In this document: positions 60,873-64,000 of the stretch, in pieces | How positions within the stretch are numbered: the first letter of the stretch is position 1 | How the letters are laid out: each line of letters begins with the position of its first letter | Assembly: GCF_030684315.1 (NCBI RefSeq) | Contig: NC_081395.1 | Span: 6,183,858 to 6,247,857, forward strand | Length of the DNA stretch: 64,000 nt | Source of the DNA: Stegostoma tigrinum | Lineage: Eukaryota | Direction of reading: 5' to 3' | Made by a program: the position numbers and the translations under genes | The notes under the pieces: model-generated | Database searches by the model: none | The model's input: the letters and a program-made list of their open reading frames with translations, nothing else | What the model was told of the DNA's origin: nothing

Positions 60873-61899
60873 CTGTAACCCGCAGCTCAGAGAGAGAGAG
60901 AGAGGAGGAGTGTCAGAGAGAGAGAGGAGGAGTGTGTGTGTGTGTGTGAGAGAGAGAGAGGAGGAGAGAGCAAGATTGAGAGAGAGAGGAAGACAAAAGA
61001 GAGAGACTGAGTGGACGAGAGATAGAGAGAGAGATAGAGGAAGAGAGTGAGGGATTGAGAGAGGAAGACAAAAGAGAGAGATATCGAGAGAGCAAGAGGA
61101 CGAGAGAGCGTGTGTGGAATAGATAGAGAGGTTGAGAGTGTGACAGAGAAAGACAGATTGACAGTGGGAGAGAGAGAGAAAGAGCCTCTTGGTACGCTGC
61201 ACCATCTCCTTCTAGAATCGACATCCTTCCTGTCCCTCTTCCCCCTGGATTATCCAGGAACTGCAGCCTCCATAGACTCCGACAACACCCCTGTGCCCCC
61301 CTCCGCCCTAGCCTTCGATTCTCTCGGTGCCACTCCTTGTGCCCAGCTCATCGTTGAAGAGGTGGGTGCGACTGGGCAACATCATTTATGGTGCAATCAA
61401 TACTGTCTTTTATTGGCATGGGGGGGGGGGGGTGTTCATGCCCTTTCCCTGTGTCTCTTTCCAATCCCCTCCCCAACACAACCTCTCCCACAGCCCCTGC
61501 CAGGGCACCCCCCCCACCCCCCACCCCCCACCTTCTACCCCTGAGTGAGTGACCAAGGGGAGAGAATCTGCAGCCAGGGCACAGCGAGCAAATTTGGAGG
61601 GGGGGGGGGTGGGAAGAGTCGCACAGGCAGAGAGGGGGGGGGAGCTCCTCACCGAGGGAAGGGGGCTGGCAGAGATTTCTGTGGGGGGCCGGGGAGCAAG
61701 AAGCCGTTTGGGGAAATTGTGATGGAAGGGTTGTATGCCTAAAGGACGTGAGGTTTGTTCCTGAGTGGGGGTCGGGGGGGGGGGGGAAATGGAGGGAATC
61801 GGAGAGGGGAGGTAGTGAGGGTTGGTGTGTGCGCGGACCATAGCCCGTGGTACATAGATGGTACTGCTGTGGGGGTGGGTGTGGGGCAATGCGCTAGTG

Positions 61900-63130
61900 A
61901 GAGTGTGTCTGTCTGTATGAGGCTGTGTGTGTGTGTGTATTTGTCTGTCCCATCTGTATGAGACTGTGTCTGTATGAGGCTGTGTGTCTGTATGTGTGTG
62001 TCTGTGTGAGACTGTGAGTGTACTCCTGAGTCAGGCTGTGTTTGTGTATGACTGTATGAGTGTGTAGGAGGCTGTATGTGAATGCGTGAAACTGTGTGTA
62101 TCTGTCTGACTAACTGTGTGAAGCTGTGTATATTTGTCAATGTGTGTCATGTGTGAGACTCTCGATGTGAGTGCATGTGTTTGTCCATGAAACGGTGTCG
62201 GTGTGTGTCAAAGAGCAAGTCTATATGAGAGCCTCTGTGTGTCTGTATAAATGTGACTCCATGTGCAAGTGTGTGTCAGTGTGAGTGTAACTCTGTGTGT
62301 GCCTGTGTATGTGCGTATGTGTATGTATGCATGTGTGTGTGACGAGTGTGTAGGTATCTGTCTGACTTACTGTGTGAGGCTGTGTATATTTGTCAATGTG
62401 TGTCATGTGTGAGACTCTCGATGTGAGTGCATGTGTTTGTCCATGAAACGGTGTCGGTGTGTGTCAAAGAGCAAGTCTATATGAGAGCCTCTGTGTGTCT
62501 GTATAAATGTGACTCCATGTGCAAGTGTGTGTCAGTGTGAGTGTAACTCTGTGTGTGCCTGTGTATGTGCGTATGTGTATGTATGCATGTGTGTGTGAGA
62601 GTGTGTAGGTATCTGTCTGACTTACTGTGTGAGGCTGTGTATATTTGTCAATGTGTGTGTGTCGGTGTGAGTATGAACATGTGTTCCCAAATGACTGTGT
62701 GTATACTTACGTGTGTCTGTGTCAGTGTGAGAGACTGTGTGTGAGTGTGACTGTGTGAGCATCTGTGTGACCCTGTGAGTGTGATTGCGTGTGTGTTAAT
62801 GTGGGTGTGACTGTGAGAAAGTGTCAGTGTAAGTGTGACTGTGTATCTGCATGTGTACCAGGTGACTGTGCGTATCTGTGAGTGTGTGAGTGTAACTGTG
62901 TCAGCAAAAGTGTGACTGTGTGTGTGTCAGCGTGACTATGGGGGTGTGTATGTCAGTGTGAATGTGTCAGTGTGAGAGTGACTGTGTGCACGAGTGTGAC
63001 TGTGTGCGTCAGCGTGAATGTGTGCATGTGAATGTGACCATGTGTGTCAGTGTGACTGTGTATGTCAGTGTGTGTGTGCATGAGTGTGACTGTGTATGTC
63101 AGTGTGACAGTGTGTGAGTGTGACTGTGTA
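61900..63130. repeat. Degenerate (TG)n region containing a near-exact 256-bp tandem duplication (about 62098-62655)
   Basis: TATTTGTCAATGTG recurs at 62131, 62387 and 62642. Confidence 0.85.
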
Positions 63131-63133
63131 TAC

Positions 63134-63251
63134 CCTGTATCTGACAGGACATAATGTGAGAGGAACAGTTTTGTGAACCCAAGCGAGGATGTGGGTGATG
63201 GAGTGTCTCCAAGGATGTTGTAGGGGGAAACAGTGGTAGAGGATGAGCCAA
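63134..63251 (-). CDS. Unknown gene, candidate exon 2
   Basis: ctttcctccag|T TGG...AGG|gtata, 118 nt, phase 2-0; WLILYHCFPLQHPWRHSITHILAWVHKTVPLTLCPVRYR. All three frames are open, so the frame is inferred. Confidence 0.4.
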
Positions 63252-63375
63252 CTGGAGGAAAGGGAGGGAGTTTTTGGTGGGGGGAGCACATAGTGAGGAG
63301 GGCGGTGTCAGGTTAAAGGGCACAGGGTGTAATGAAGATTGGGCCACATGGCCAGGGCAACCCATGAACGTTGAC

Positions 63376-63443
63376 CTGTCGCCAAGGAAACCCCTCTCAC
63401 TGATTTCCATTGGCCACCCATTATATTCATTCTGATACGACAT
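63376..63443 (-). CDS. Unknown gene, candidate first coding exon
   Basis: ATG at 63443; MSYQNEYNGWPMEISERGFLGD AG|gtcaac, phase 2, compatible with the next exon. Confidence 0.3.
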
Positions 63444-63575
63444 ATTTCTCCAACAGTGGATTTCGTTGGTTGTTTATTATTTATTTATTTTGTCTGACCT
63501 TTGTTTGGCCATTTGGTCAATTTATTATTGACCCAGGGGTGGGGGGTGGGGGGGCACAGATGCAGGAGGTTCCTT

Positions 63576-63679
63576 ATTGGCCAGTCAAGAATCAGCCAAT
63601 CAGAGGTCTGGGGCTATCTGCATTAGGATTGGCTGGAAAGGAAGGGTCGAGCCAAGAAAGGATGGGTTACACGGCCAAT
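63576..63679. promoter_or_regulatory. Cluster of four CCAAT boxes (candidate promoter)
   Basis: ATTGG at 63576 and 63628; CCAAT at 63596 and 63675. Confidence 0.45.
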
Positions 63680-64000
63680 GGGAGGAGGGTGGGTTAGGAG
63701 AGGTTTGAGGGCTGAAGGGTCTGACTTGGGTTGACCTCCAGCCTCGGTCCTGAGGAGTTCGGACCTCCTTGAACACCCTCCCCCATCTGGCCTTTGGCAG
63801 AATTACTCCAACCAGCTCAGGTCAAGAGGCTCTGAAATCTACAGGAGGTGTGGGAAATCTGGATCGCCCCTCTCCCGTCACCCCCTACCGCGAACCTCGC
63901 CCGGTTCTCCAGCACTCTCCACCCATTCCCTTCTCTAACACCCCCCTTTCCTGTTCCCTTCTCCCCCGCCAAGTCCATCCTTTCCCCATTCCTGCCCACT

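Overview
This is vertebrate genomic DNA, almost certainly from an elasmobranch (shark). It is rich in HE1/V-SINEs, CR1 LINE fragments and Penelope elements, and has two 200-N gaps. Reading splice sites by hand gives four genes. (1) TTC9C-like on +, with three coding exons at 2688-6351 and an uncertain start exon. (2) A 701-aa, 4-exon Dact gene on - (9239-25187) lacking the C-terminal MTTV PDZ-binding motif, best called Dact4. (3) A 128-aa, 4-exon MAP1LC3C-like (ATG8) gene on + (36921-41311). (4) An unrecognised multi-exon gene on - (about 42.7-63.4 kb) built from at least five homologous phase-1 cassette exons (consensus about D/E-x-x-G-R/K-x-D-x-x-S-L-x-S-E-Q/H-S-V-R/K). Two large 53-bp tandem arrays (about 121 and 51 copies, in opposite orientation) each expanded inside a single HE1 SINE. 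Their units carry TTAGGG and usually CCAAT, and the larger array lies just upstream of the Dact4 promoter. Several other minisatellites are present, one a GC-shifted hairpin variant, along with a truncated Penelope element carrying a hammerhead-like motif. All homology calls are from recall, not database searches, and repeat boundaries are approximate.
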